A DNA stretch of 64,000 bases from an uncultured Chloroflexia bacterium (lineage in GTDB: Bacteria; Chloroflexota; Limnocylindria; Limnocylindrales; CSP1-4), in the NCBI GenBank assembly GCA_963734535.1, contig CAVTHS010000004.1:150820-214819 (forward strand). The letters run 5' to 3'. A program made the translations under genes and the position numbers. The notes under the pieces were generated by a model, which was not told the DNA's origin, ran no database searches, and worked only from the letters and a program-made list of their open reading frames with translations. Position 1 is the first letter of the stretch, and each line of letters begins with the position of its first letter. Positions 30,725 to 41,212 of the stretch are shown here, piece by piece.

Positions 30725-31325
30725 ATGGTCGGGTTCTTCGACAACGCGTACCGCGACGGCGGAACGCCGACGTGGGACGTCGGGCGGCCGCAGGGTGCGG
30801 TCGTGCGCCTCGCACGGACGGGTCTCGTCACGGGGTCCGTCCTCGACGCGGGCTGCGGGACCGGCGAGAACGCGCTCCATCTCGCCGAGCTCGGGCACGC
30901 GGTGCTGGGCGTGGACTTCGCGGTCGCGGCGATCGAACGCGCCGCCGCGAAGGCCGCCGGACCGCGGCCTGCCCGTCGAGTTCCGCGTCGCGGACGCGCT
31001 CGATCTCGCCGCGCTCGAGAGGACGTTCGACACGGTCCTCGACGTCGGGCTCTTCCACACGTTCGAGGATGCCGAGCGCACCCGGTACGCCGCGAGCCTC
31101 GCGGGCGCGCTCCGACCGGGCGGGCGGGCCTTCCTGCTCTGCTGGAGCGACCGCAACCCGTTCGGGCGCGGCCCGCGGCGGATCTCGCGGCGGGAGATCC
31201 GGGAGACATTCCGCGAGGGGTGGCAGGTGGAGGCGATCGACCCCGAGTGGCTCGACACGCGCCTCCCGGACGGTCGCATCCACGCCTGGCTGGCGCGGAT
31301 CACCCGGGTCGGCGCCGGGACGTAG
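30725..31325 (+). CDS. Class I SAM-dependent methyltransferase; frameshift near 30960
   Basis: PTWDVGRPQ, VLDAGCGTGENA; continues as FDTVLDVGLFHTF, LRPGG in another frame. Confidence 0.88.
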
Positions 31326-31417
31326 GGCGCTGATACGGGCGCAGGGCGCGGGGCGGGGGCGGGCCGGCGTCCGGGGAGCGACCCCCGGTGCGGCACACAC
31401 TCCTCGCTAATGCCTCG

Positions 31418-31607
31418 CCCCTGATCACTAACCGGGACGAGTGGACCCCCGCGCCGCCCGGGACACGCGCTGAGCCGACAGTGGCCGGTGATTCCGTCGC
31501 TTGTGCGTCGCGGGCGCAGCATTCGCGAGGGTCCGGAAGCCCGAAACGGGCTCCCGGGGCCTACGAGGGCGACCAGCGATGGCCCCGTTCTGGTTAGTGA
31601 TCTGGGG
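31418..31607. mobile_element. Putative MITE-like element with 22-bp imperfect terminal inverted repeats
   Basis: CCCCTGATCACTAACCGGGACG (31418-31439) versus the reverse complement of 31586-31607, CCCCAGATCACTAACCAGAACG: 19/22 match; intergenic, no convincing ORF. Confidence 0.55.
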
Positions 31608-31727
31608 GCCATCAACACCGAGGATCCCCGCCCGGGACGGACGGTCGGCTCGAACCCGGGCGCGCACGTCGCGACCCGCGGCGACGCCGGCCCGGGACAC
31701 GTCATGGCACGCTCGCGGCAGGCCGGG

Positions 31728-31733
31728 TATGCT
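31728..31733 (+). promoter_or_regulatory. -10 box TATGCT for a leaderless transcript of the cys operon
   Basis: 6 nt upstream of GTG at 31740, the same spacing as other leaderless genes in the window. Confidence 0.7.
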
Positions 31734-31739
31734 CCCGCC

Positions 31740-31826
31740 GTGAACCAGCCCGAATTGCAGATCGGACCCCGCTGCTCCTGTCGCCGGCGAGTACCGGTGC
31801 AGGGTGCGCGAGCGGTCGGCTGCTGA
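31740..31826 (+). CDS. Putative Cys-containing leader peptide (28 aa)
   Basis: MNQPELQIGPRCSCRRRVPVQGARAVGC*; leaderless; directly upstream of DUF4395-cysE-cysK. Confidence 0.7.
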   Translation: MNQPELQIGPRCSCRRRVPVQGARAVGC

Positions 31827-31916
31827 TCGACCGGCACCCACACCGGGGCTCGCGACTCCTCGCGACGTACGAGCGGCGCTTCATGTCGCCGCTCACCGGC
31901 CCGCGTCCCCCGGAGG
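31787..31916 (+). promoter_or_regulatory. Putative attenuator RNA with alternative helices
   Basis: Hairpin 31787-31853 competes with helix 31843-31854/31902-31913, which overlaps the GGAGG SD at 31912-31916. Confidence 0.6.
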
Positions 31917-31926
31917 TTCCCGTCTC

Positions 31927-32440
31927 GTGTCCAGCATCCTCACCCCACCAGCCCGCCAGGTCGATCCGCGCGGCCAGCGCTTCGGCGCAGGCGTCTCGGC
32001 GGTCGTCCTGGTCGTCGCGCTCTGGCTCACCATGCCCTGGCTCGCCGTGCTCGTCGGCTTCAATCTCGGCGTCTCGGCCGCGTTCGGAACGCGTCTCTTC
32101 CTGCCCGGCCGCCTGTGGCCGGTGATCCGGCGAACGCTCCGGCTTCGCCCGGCGGCGCTCGAGCACGAGTACCCGCCCCGCTTCGCACAGGCCCTGGGCG
32201 CCACGGTCATCGGGCTCGGCGCGATCGCCTTCGTGGCTGGGGCGACGCTGCTCGGCCTGGCTCCTCGTGGGCGCCGTTGCCGGCCTCCAGGTCCTGCTCG
32301 CATCCACCGGGATCTGCGTCGGCTGCCGCCTCTACGTCCTCCGCTGGTGGGTGCCCGCCCAGTTCGCACGCCTCTTCCGACGAGCCGATCGGCTCGTCGG
32401 TCCAACCGTCGGCCCGCCGATCAGCTATCGCGATCGATAG
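31927..32440 (+). CDS. DUF4395-family membrane protein; frameshift near 32260
   Basis: [31 protein letters not shown]. Confidence 0.85.
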
Positions 32441-32468
32441 GCCGGCCGAACACCCAGGAGTCGACGCC

Positions 32469-33317
32469 ATGAGCCCGCCCCACGATCGCGACCATGCCTT
32501 CGCTGCGACCCTCGCCGATGAGCGACGCGAAGGCGACCGGGGATTCCCGCTCAAGCGCGACGTCGCGGTCTTCGTCGACGAGCTGCTGGGGATCCTCTTC
32601 GGGCAGCTCTCCGAGGGCGCGGCCGGCACGGCCGACGAGCTGCAGGCGCGGCTCACGCTGGCCGTGCGCGATCTTCGCCGGCTGGTCGCGCCCCTCGCCG
32701 AGGCGGGCGCGGCCAGCCGGATCGTGGACGCCTTCGCTGACGCGCTGCCGGACATCCACGACCGGCTCGGGCAGGACGCCCAGGCCATCGCCGACGGCGA
32801 CCCCGCCGCCGAGAGCCTGGACGAGGTGATCGCGGCCTACCCCGGCTTTCTCGCGATCGCCATCCATCGGATCGCCCACGAGCTGTGCGGGCTGGGCGTC
32901 CCGATCCTGCCGCGGCTCCTCGCCGAGGTGGCCCACACGCGGACCGGGATCGACATCCACCCCGGGGCGACGATCGGCCGGTCGTTCTGCATCGATCACG
33001 GCACCGGAATCGTGATCGGCGAGACGGCGGTGATCGGCAACGACGTCAAGCTCTACCAGGGCGTCACGCTGGGCGCGCTCTCCGTCGCGAAGAGCGCCGC
33101 CGGCACGAAGCGCCACCCGACCATCGAGGACCGCGCGGTCCTCTACGCCAACGCGACGGTCCTCGGCGGCGACACCGTCATCGGCCACGACAGCGTGGTC
33201 GGCGGGAACGTGTTCCTGACCGCGAGCCTCCCGCCCGATTCCGTCGTCTACCAGTCCAGCCAGGTCCGCGTCCGTCGCGTCCGCGACGGGTTCGAGGACT
33301 CCGACTTCGTCATCTGA
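32469..33317 (+). CDS. cysE: Serine O-acetyltransferase
   Basis: [46 protein letters not shown]. Confidence 0.95.
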   Translation: MSPPHDRDHAFAATLADERREGDRGFPLKRDVAVFVDELLGILFGQLSEGAAGTADELQARLTLAVRDLRRLVAPLAEAGAASRIVDAFADALPDIHDRLGQDAQAIADGDPAAESLDEVIAAYPGFLAIAIHRIAHELCGLGVPILPRLLAEVAHTRTGIDIHPGATIGRSFCIDHGTGIVIGETAVIGNDVKLYQGVTLGALSVAKSAAGTKRHPTIEDRAVLYANATVLGGDTVIGHDSVVGGNVFLTASLPPDSVVYQSSQVRVRRVRDGFEDSDFVI

Positions 33318-33330
33318 AGGAGACCGCTCG

Positions 33331-34245
33331 ATGAAGGCCGATTCCATCCTCGCCACGATCGGCGAGACACCCCACCTGCGGATCAACCGTCTCTTCGACC
33401 CCCGCGTCGAGGTGTGGGCGAAGCTCGAGCGGGCCAACCCGGGCGGCAGCATCAAGGACCGGATCGCGCTCTCGATGATCGAGGACGCCGAGGCCCGCGG
33501 GATCATTGGTCCGGGCTCGGTGGTCATCGAACCGACGTCGGGCAACACCGGCATCGGCCTCGCGCTCGTGTGTGCCGTCAAGGGCTACCGGCTCATCCTG
33601 ACCATGCCCGAGTCGATGTCGATCGAACGTCGCAAGCTGATGACCGGCTACGGCGCGGAGCTGGAGCTGACGCCGCGGGAGCTCGGCATGAATGGCTCGA
33701 TCGCGCGCGCCAGGGAGCTGGCGGCCGAGATCCCGGGCGCCTGGATCCCGATGCAGTTCGAGAACCCCGCGAACGTCGAGGCACATCGGCGCACGACGGC
33801 GGCCGAGATCCTGCGCGACTTCCCGGAGGGCCTGGACTACATCGTCACCGGCGTCGGGACCGGCGGTCACATCACGGGCGTCGCCGAGGTGCTGAAGCCG
33901 CTCTGGCCGAAGCTCCGCGTGTTCGCCGTGGAGCCGACCCTCTCGCCGGTGCTCTCGGGCGGCACCCACAGCCCGCACTCGATCCAGGGGATCGGCGCCG
34001 GGTTCATCCCGGCGGTGATGCGAACGGACCTCCTCGACGGGATCCTCCAGGTTGCACCGGAGGACGCGATGACCTACGCACGCCGCGCCGCCCGCGAAGA
34101 GGGTCTCCTCATCGGCGTTTCGTCCGGGGCCTCGCTGGCGGCCGTCGCGCAGCTCCTCCCGCAGGTCGCGGATGGCGCGACGATCCTCACGTTCTCCTAC
34201 GACACCGGCGAGCGCTACCTCTCGGTCGACGCGCTCTGGGGCTGA
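33331..34245 (+). CDS. cysK: Cysteine synthase A
   Basis: [43 protein letters not shown]. Confidence 0.97.
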   Translation: MKADSILATIGETPHLRINRLFDPRVEVWAKLERANPGGSIKDRIALSMIEDAEARGIIGPGSVVIEPTSGNTGIGLALVCAVKGYRLILTMPESMSIERRKLMTGYGAELELTPRELGMNGSIARARELAAEIPGAWIPMQFENPANVEAHRRTTAAEILRDFPEGLDYIVTGVGTGGHITGVAEVLKPLWPKLRVFAVEPTLSPVLSGGTHSPHSIQGIGAGFIPAVMRTDLLDGILQVAPEDAMTYARRAAREEGLLIGVSSGASLAAVAQLLPQVADGATILTFSYDTGERYLSVDALWG

Positions 34246-34286
34246 TGCCCGAAGCCGACGGTCAGGTTGGGCCGGCCGCCGGGAAG

Positions 34287-36113
34287 TCAGGGTCCTCCTT
34301 CGGGCCGGCCGGGCCGTCCTCCGGGCCGGCGTCCGGCGAGGCCAGCCGCGTCCTCCCAGTCGAGCCACGGGACGTCGTGCCCGGCGAGGTACGCCTTGAC
34401 GGCCGTCCCCACGGTCGGGTGGAAGGACGTGTCGCCGAGGCGCTGGTAGACCCCGTAGCCCCGGAGCCGGTCCTTGACGTGCCCCTTCATCTCGGCGAAA
34501 TGGAGCTCGATGCCGGCCAGCGCCAGGTCGGTGATCAGCTCATCGAGTGCGTCCGCGGCCGTCGTATCGACGTCGGTCACCGGCTCGGCACAGACGACCA
34601 GCCAGCGAACCGGCGGCTGCACTCCGCGGACCACCGCCCGCGCCCGGATCCGGAACAGGTCCGCGTTGGCGAAGAACAGCGGCGCGTCCCACCGGTAGAG
34701 GAGGAGGCCGGGCACCTGGAGCGCGTCCGGGTGTCGTTCGATATCGTGATAGCCCTTGTAGTTGCGCACCCGTCCCAGGATCGCTTCGTGCGGCCGCCAG
34801 GCATGCCGGATGAATTCCAGGAGCGAGAGCCCCACGGCGATCCCGATCCCGGGCAGGACTCCAAAGAGGACGACGCCAAGGAAGCTGACCATCGACAGTC
34901 CGAACTCCGAGCGGCGAAGGCGCAGGAGGCGTCGCGCACCCGCGAGATCGAACAGGCCGAGCGCCGCGGCGATCACGATCGCCGCGAGCGCCGTCGATGG
35001 GAGGTTGGTGAGCAGCCCTGGCTCCACCACCAGCAGGAGGACGACGACGCCCGCGCCCACCAGTCCGGTCACCTGCGTCCTTGCGCCGGCCGCCTCCGCG
35101 ACCGGGGTCCGCGTGGCGCTGCTGCTGACCGGGAATCCGCCGATGAGCGCGCCTGCGACGTTCGCGACTCCCAACGCAACGAGCTCATGGTCCGGATCGA
35201 CGGAGTCGCCGCGGCGGGCGGCGAACGTCCGGGAGATGACGCTCGTGTCGGTGAACGCGATGAGGGCAATCCCGAACGCACCCGGGACCAGGGCGAGAAG
35301 GTCGGCCAGGCTGACGGCGGGGACCCCCGTGGCGGCGAAGCCGCGCGGGACCGCGCCGACCACGGCCAGCTGGTTCGCGAGCCCGAGGAACGTCACCGCG
35401 AGGGTGGCCAGGATGACCGCGATGAGGATCCCCGGGAGGCCCCGCGAGACGCGGCGCAGCACCAACGTCACGACGAGCGCGCCGCCCCCGATCAGCAGTG
35501 CGACGGGCACCGCCCGGCCGTCGACGACTCCCCGGACAATCCCGATCGAGTCCCCCAGGAAGTCGGACCCGGAGACCGAGAAGCCCAGCAGCTTCGGGAC
35601 CTGGCTCACGATGACGGTCAGGGCGATCCCGTTCATGTAGCCGAGGCGGACCGGCCGAGAGAGCAGGTCGGTCAGGAAGCCGAGGCGCGCCGAGGCCGCC
35701 GCCATGCAGATCGCGCCCACCATGAGCGCCAGCGCCGCGGCCAGGGCAACCGAGCGACCGACATCGCCGCCGGCGAGCGGGACGATCGTCGCCGCGATAG
35801 GCGCGATGAGCGCCGAATCCGGGCCGAGCACGAGGATCCGCGACGGCCCAACGAGGAAGTACGCGACGAGGGGCCCGACCGTGGCGTACAAGCCGGTGAT
35901 CGCCGGGAGGCCGGCCGCCTGTGCGTACGCCATTCCGGCCGGGACCAGGAGTGCCGACAGGACGATCCCGGCGACCAGGTCCGCGCGGAACGAGGCGAGC
36001 CCATAGCCGCGGAGGGCCGTGAGGATGGGAAAGGCACGCATCGCGGCGCTCCGCGGATCGCGCGGCGGGCGCGTCTCCGGCGGCGAGTGGACCTCGGGCG
36101 GATCGACCGACAC
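34287..36113 (-). CDS. SulP-family anion (sulfate) permease with STAS domain
   Basis: ADLVAG, PAGMAYAQAAGLP..GLY, ELVALGVAN, GARTQ, APLFFANA. Confidence 0.95.
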   Translation of the reverse strand: MSVDPPEVHSPPETRPPRDPRSAAMRAFPILTALRGYGLASFRADLVAGIVLSALLVPAGMAYAQAAGLPAITGLYATVGPLVAYFLVGPSRILVLGPDSALIAPIAATIVPLAGGDVGRSVALAAALALMVGAICMAAASARLGFLTDLLSRPVRLGYMNGIALTVIVSQVPKLLGFSVSGSDFLGDSIGIVRGVVDGRAVPVALLIGGGALVVTLVLRRVSRGLPGILIAVILATLAVTFLGLANQLAVVGAVPRGFAATGVPAVSLADLLALVPGAFGIALIAFTDTSVISRTFAARRGDSVDPDHELVALGVANVAGALIGGFPVSSSATRTPVAEAAGARTQVTGLVGAGVVVLLLVVEPGLLTNLPSTALAAIVIAAALGLFDLAGARRLLRLRRSEFGLSMVSFLGVVLFGVLPGIGIAVGLSLLEFIRHAWRPHEAILGRVRNYKGYHDIERHPDALQVPGLLLYRWDAPLFFANADLFRIRARAVVRGVQPPVRWLVVCAEPVTDVDTTAADALDELITDLALAGIELHFAEMKGHVKDRLRGYGVYQRLGDTSFHPTVGTAVKAYLAGHDVPWLDWEDAAGLAGRRPGGRPGRPEGGP

Positions 36114-36317
36114 GCCTCATTGCCTCGCGCATTGCGGCGACGCCCGGTGGGCAGGCCGCGTCCCGGCCATGATGCCGCACGCGGGTTCGCGCGCGCGTGG
36201 CGCGGGGCGCGCGGCCGGGCGCGCGCGGCGCGGGGCGGGGCGTGGGCGCGGGACGACGTGCCCGGGCTGATGGCGCGCCACCAGGCCTGCCGGCAGGAAC
36301 CTGCGAAGATCGGGCCC

Positions 36318-36786
36318 ATGACCGATCGCATCAGCGCCGGGATCCTCCTGCATCGACATCGGGGCGGGCGCCTCGAGGTGCTCCTGGCCCACCCGGGCGG
36401 ACCGTTTCACGCGAACCGGGACCTGGGCGCCTGGACGATCCCGAAGGGCGAGGCCGATCCCGGGGAGGACCTGGTGGACGTCGCGCGTCGCGAGTTCGCC
36501 GAGGAGACAGGCCACCCGTCACCGGCCGACGAGCCGACCCCACTCGGAACGATCCGGCAGCGCGGCGGGCAAGCTCGTCCACGCCTGGGCGCTGCGCGGC
36601 GACCTCGATCCGGCCGCGGCACGCAGCAACACGTTCAGCCTGGAGTGGCCACCCAGGTCGGGCCGGCTGGAATCGTTCCCGGAGATCGATCGCGTGGCCT
36701 GGTTCGACCTCGGCGAAGCGCGCCTTCGCCTGAAGGACGCGCAGGTGGCCTTCCTGGATCGGCTGGTCGAGGCCCTGGGTGGCTGA
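36318..36786 (+). CDS. NUDIX hydrolase; frameshift near 36568
   Basis: SAGILL, LAHPGGPF, WTIPKGE..ARREFAEETG (Nudix box); SNTFSLEWPPRSG..FPEIDR. Confidence 0.9.
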
Positions 36787-37080
36787 CCGGGGTCCGTCGC
36801 GCGGGAACACGGTCACCGGGCTGCGTCCCACGGATCGCGCGGGCCGCCGCGGGGCCCCAGGCCCGGTCGCGCCTCGCCAGTCGTACACTGCAGGGCGAGC
36901 CTCGATCCGCTCGAACCCATCGTTTCGACCCACCGGAGGCATTCGCTTGTCCCGCTTCACCGACGCGCTGGCCTGCTGGGGCGCCCCCGGCTGCCCGTGC
37001 ACGATCGGGGAGGGAGCACCGCACGGTTCCTGCCCACCGCGCGTCGGGTGCACGCCATCCTGACGCCGGCAGGCCCGAGC

Positions 37081-37735
37081 GTGGGCCGCGCTCGGTGCGC
37101 TCGGCATCTCGACGGACGCCGCCACGGGGCGGCACTCGTCGCCCTGCTCGTCGGGCTGGTCGTCGCATCCTGCAGTGGACCCGCGGCCACGGGTAGTGCC
37201 ACGGACAGCAACGCGCCCTCCGGTTCTCCCGCGGCGTCCGCGAGCGTCGCGTCGCAGCCGATCGCGAGCGTCGCGTCGCCTCCGGCCGGCGTCCGCGAGC
37301 GTCGCGTCGCCCGCCGCGTCCGACGCGAGCGCGGGGGCGACCCCATCGGCGTCGGGTGCGCAGGGCGACTTCACCGGCGGAACGGCCATCGCGAGCCTGA
37401 CGCTTCCCGGCGGTACCGTCGGGTACGCCGGCGGCTCCTGCGAGCACGGTCCGGGCAATGACTGGGTGGCCGTCAACATCGGCCAGCCGAACGGACCCGA
37501 GTATTTCGGGTTGACCGCGGGACGCAGCCCCTACGGCGCATCGGACGTCCGGACGGCGACCGGCGGCGGGACCCTGAAAGGGGACGCCGTGCTGATCACG
37601 TACCGCCACACGGGCACCTCGTTCGTGCTCGACCACGACAGCGCCTCCGTCTTCCTCTTCGTCGACACATCGGGCGGCACGTTCACCGGCCACCTGGCCG
37701 ACGGCACGAACGTGAGCGGCACCTTCCGCTGCTGA
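37081..37735 (+). CDS. Putative lipoprotein; frameshift near 37290, start uncertain
   Basis: Hydrophobic stretch with lipobox VAS-C, repeated ASVAS linker, beta-rich C-terminal domain ending SGTFRC. Confidence 0.65.
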
Positions 37736-37830
37736 TCCGCGTCGCCGGGTCGTCCGCTCCCGGGTCGTCCGCACCGGCTTCGTCCTCGTTGCGACCGCGC
37801 AGCCTCATGCGACCACGGGACAGCGCGGCG

Positions 37831-39114
37831 TCAGTCGTCCGCGCGGACCTCGGCCAGGCGCCGCGCGAGGAAGGCCCGCTCCGTCTGGTTGCCGGCCAGG
37901 TCCACGGCGCGTCGGTAGGCGCGCCGCGGCCTCGTCACGCCGCCCGACACGACGCAGGAGGTCGGCGCGGGCGGCGTGGAACAGGTGGTATCCGTCGAGC
38001 GCACCCTCCGACTCGCAGCGCGTCCATGAGGACAAGCCCGGCGCGTGGCCCGTCGGCCATCGCCACGGCGACCGCACGATTGAGCTCGACGACCGGGGTC
38101 GGCACCTCGCGCGACCAGCGCGTCGTAGAGCCCGACGATGGCGCGCCAGTCGGTCTCGTCGGCACGCCGGGCCCGGGCGTGACCGGCCGCGATCGCGGCC
38201 TGGAGCAGGTACGGTCCGGGGCGCATGCCGCCGACCGCGAGAGCCGCGGCGAGGGCCCGGTCGACGAGCGCCAGCCCTTCCGCGATCTCGACGCGATCCC
38301 AGCGACCGCGATCCTGGTCCTCGAGCAGCGTCAGCGAGCCGTCCGCACCGACACGGGCGTCGCGGCGCGAGTCCTGGAGCAGGAGCAGGGCGAGGAGCCC
38401 AACGGTCTCGGCCTGCTCGGGCATGAGCTCCGCCACCAGCCGCGCCAGCCGGATCGCCTCGGCACACAGCTCGCGGCGGACCAGCGCGTCGCCTGCCGTG
38501 GCGCTGTACCCCTCGTTGAAGACCAGGTAGAGGACCGCGAGCACGCCGTCGAGCCGCTCGGGCAGGAGCTCGTCGGGAGGCACCCGGTACGGGATCCCGG
38601 CGTCGCGTATCTTCTTCTTGGCCCGGACCAGTCGCTGGGCGAGCGTGGCCTCGGGAACCAGGAAGGCACGCGCGATCTCGGGCGTGGTGAGGCCGCCGAG
38701 CGTTCGCAGGGTGAGCGCGACGCGGGCGTCCATCGCGAGAGCCGGATGGCAGCAGGTGAACACCAGGCGAAGCCGATCGTCGCCGAGGCGGCTGTCGCTC
38801 CCGAGGCGCACGTCGTCCTCCTGTCCTCCGCCGTCGACGAGGGCGCGCTCGATCTCGGCGAGCTTCAGGGCCTGGCGACGTGCCCGGCGGATCCGGTCGA
38901 GGGCGCGGTTTCGCGCCGTGGTGGTGATCCATGCCCCTGGGTTGCGCGGAACGCCATCCCGCGGCCAGGTCTCGAGCGCGGCCACGAACGCGTCGGAGAG
39001 CGCCTCCTCGGCCAGGTCGAAGTCGCCCAGGACGCGGATGAGCGTCGCGAGGACCCGACCGGACTCGTCACGGAAGGCCCGCTCGACGTGCTCGCGGACC
39101 GCGTCGGCGGTCAG
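37831..39114 (-). CDS. ECF42-type sigma factor with C-terminal TPR/DUF6596 extension; three frameshifts in the 3' part
   Basis: [78 protein letters not shown]; possible CTG start overlapping the yciI stop. Confidence 0.9.
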   Translation of the reverse strand: MTADAVREHVERAFRDESGRVLATLIRVLGDFDLAEEALSDAFVAALETWPRDGVPRNPGAWITTTARNRALDRIRRARRQALKLAEIERALVDGGGQEDDVRLGSDSRLGDDRLRLVFTCCHPALAMDARVALTLRTLGGLTTPEIARAFLVPEATLAQRLVRAKKKIRDAGIPYRVPPDELLPERLDGVLAVLYLVFNEGYSATAGDALVRRELCAEAIRLARLVAELMPEQAETVGLLALLLLQDSRRDARVGADGSLTLLEDQDRGRWDRVEIAEGLALVDRALAAALAVGGMRPGPYLLQAAIAAGHARARRADETDWRAIVGLYDALVARGADPGRRAQSCGRRGDGRRATRRACPHGRAASRRVRSTDTTCSTPPAPTSCVVSGGVTRPRRAYRRAVDLAGNQTERAFLARRLAEVRADD

Positions 39115-39485
39115 CCGGCCGCCCCCGCGCCCGCGACGTCCGAATCGCCCATGTCGAGGATCGGCCGGACCTCGACCGAGCCGTACGCCGCGCCCGGGCA
39201 GCGGCCGGCCGCTTCGAGCGCCGCGTCGAGGTTCGGGCACTCCACGATGTAGTACCCGCCCAGGACCTCCTTCGTCTCGGCGTACGGCCCGTCGGTGGTC
39301 AACGTGCGGCCGTCGTGGACCCGGACGGTCGTGGCAGCCGTGGACGGGGCCAGCGGCTCTCCTCCCTTGTAGATGCCGGTGTCGATCATCCACTGCGTGT
39401 AGGCATTCCAGGGTCCCATGTCCGGCATCGGCGCGCCCTGGGCCGGCCCCATCTCGGGCCCGTAGATGAGAAGCATGTAGCGCAT
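39111..39485 (-). CDS. YciI/DGPF-domain protein
   Basis: [35 protein letters not shown]. Confidence 0.93.
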   Translation of the reverse strand: MRYMLLIYGPEMGPAQGAPMPDMGPWNAYTQWMIDTGIYKGGEPLAPSTAATTVRVHDGRTLTTDGPYAETKEVLGGYYIVECPNLDAALEAAGRCPGAAYGSVEVRPILDMGDSDVAGAGAAG

Positions 39486-39574
39486 CGGGTTCTCCTCCTG
39501 GAACGTGCAGGCGAGGGGCGGTGCCAGATCCGCCGGGGGTCGACCGTGGCGAGCACAGCGTCCTCTGCCCAGTC

Positions 39575-39601
39575 GACGAACGGAGGTGGCCCGGATCGAC
39601 G
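39575..39601 (-). promoter_or_regulatory. Putative ECF42 autoregulatory promoter CGTCGA-N17-CGTC
   Basis: One mismatch to the described ECF42 motif (TGTCGA..CGA/TC); directly upstream of yciI-ecf42. Confidence 0.65.
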
Positions 39602-39745
39602 CCGCACTCGCCATCATCCGCGGATTCGTGCCGCGCGTCAGGCCGCGTCGCCCATCGTGGACGGGCTCCGTCGCCGGCGCCCGATCGTGACGAGATCCTG
39701 GCTGTCGAGATCCTGGCTCGACATGACCCCGTATCCTCTCTGGCC

Positions 39746-41121
39746 ATGGCTCCTCGCAGCGAGGTCATCCACGTCGCCGGACGCGACGTGACCGTGACCA
39801 ACCCGGACAAGGTCTTCTTCGCGGCCCGGGATGCCGTCGAACGCGCGATCGCCCCCGTGGGTGCCGAGGCCGGCCCGCGCGACGCGGCGACGGCCCCGGT
39901 CACAAAGCTCGACCTGGTGCGGTACTACCTCGCGGTCGCAGACGGCGCCCTGCGGGGAGCCGGCGGCCGCCCGATGGCCCTGAAGCGCTACCCGAATGGC
40001 GCGACCGGCCCTTTCTTCTTCCAGAAGCGCGCGCCGGAGTCGCGACCCCCTGGATTCCGACCGTGACGCTCAGCTTCCCGAGTGGCAGGACCGCCGACGA
40101 GGTCGTGATCGAGGACGCCGCGCAGCTGGCGTGGGTGATCAACCTTGGCTGCATCGACCTCAACCCGCACCCGGTCCGGGCCGACGACCTCGATCACCCC
40201 GACGAGCTCCGCGTGGACCTCGACCCGGTGCCGGGCGTGCCGTGGGACGACATCCGCCGGGTTGCGCTCGTCGTCCGCGACGCCCTCGTGGACGTCGGCC
40301 TCGTGGGCTGGCCGAAGACCTCGGGCAGCCGCGGCATCCACGTCAACGTCCGGATCGAGCGTCGCTGGACGTTCCCGGAGGTGCGCCGCGCCGCGCTGGC
40401 CCTCGCCCGCGACGTCGAGCGCCGCGCGCCGGAGCTCGCCACGAGCCGCTGGTGGAAGGAGGAACGCCACGGCGTCTTCATCGACTACAACCAGAACGCG
40501 AAGGACCGCACGGTCGCCAGCGCCTACTCCGTCCGGCCGCGGCCGGACGCGCGGGTCTCGACACCGCTGACCTGGGACGATGTCCCCGATGTTGACCCGG
40601 CGGCATTCACGGTGTGGACCGTTCCCGGGAGGCTCGCGCGGCTGGGCGACCCGCACGCGGCGATCGACGAGCATGCCGGGAGCCTCGATGCGCTGCTGGA
40701 GCTCTCGGCTCGCCACGAAGCGGAGGGCCTGGGCGACGCGCCATGGCCCCCGAACTACGCGAGGACGATCGACGAGCCGCCACGGGTCGCGCCGTCGAAG
40801 CGTCGGATGCCGTCGAAGCCGCTGATCGAGATCGGGCGCGCCGCGACCCAGGCGGAGGCGATGGCGGGCCTGGCACGCTGGAAAGAGCGCCATCCAGACG
40901 TCTGGCCGCAGCTTGCGCCCGCGGACGTGCTGGTGGACGCGATGCGTGGCCGCTCCACCACCTGGACGCGGATCCGCCTCAACCTGGAGCACGTCCCGCC
41001 CGACCAGCGGCCCGGGCAGGAGGCGCTCGATCCCGACTACGACCCGTGGGCCGGGGTGGAGTGGCCGGGCCGTGTCGGCCAGCCGGATCGGACGCCTCGG
41101 AAGAAGGCGCCCGCGAGCTGA
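39746..41121 (+). CDS. Prim-PolC / LigD-polymerase-like primase-polymerase; frameshift near 40050
   Basis: [60 protein letters not shown]. Confidence 0.92.
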
Positions 41122-41212
41122 TCGATGCGCGCCGCGCCATCGGCGTCGCGCAATTGGCGCCGCGTCGATCCGCGCGCAGGCCTCGCCCGCCAGGGGGACC
41201 TGCGCCCTTCCC

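Noticed and set aside
37745-37790. CCGGGTCGTCCGC tandem copies between convergent genes, and a CGAGATCCTGGCT duplication near 39691-39718
   Set aside because: Only two or three short copies; most likely local slippage with no sign of function
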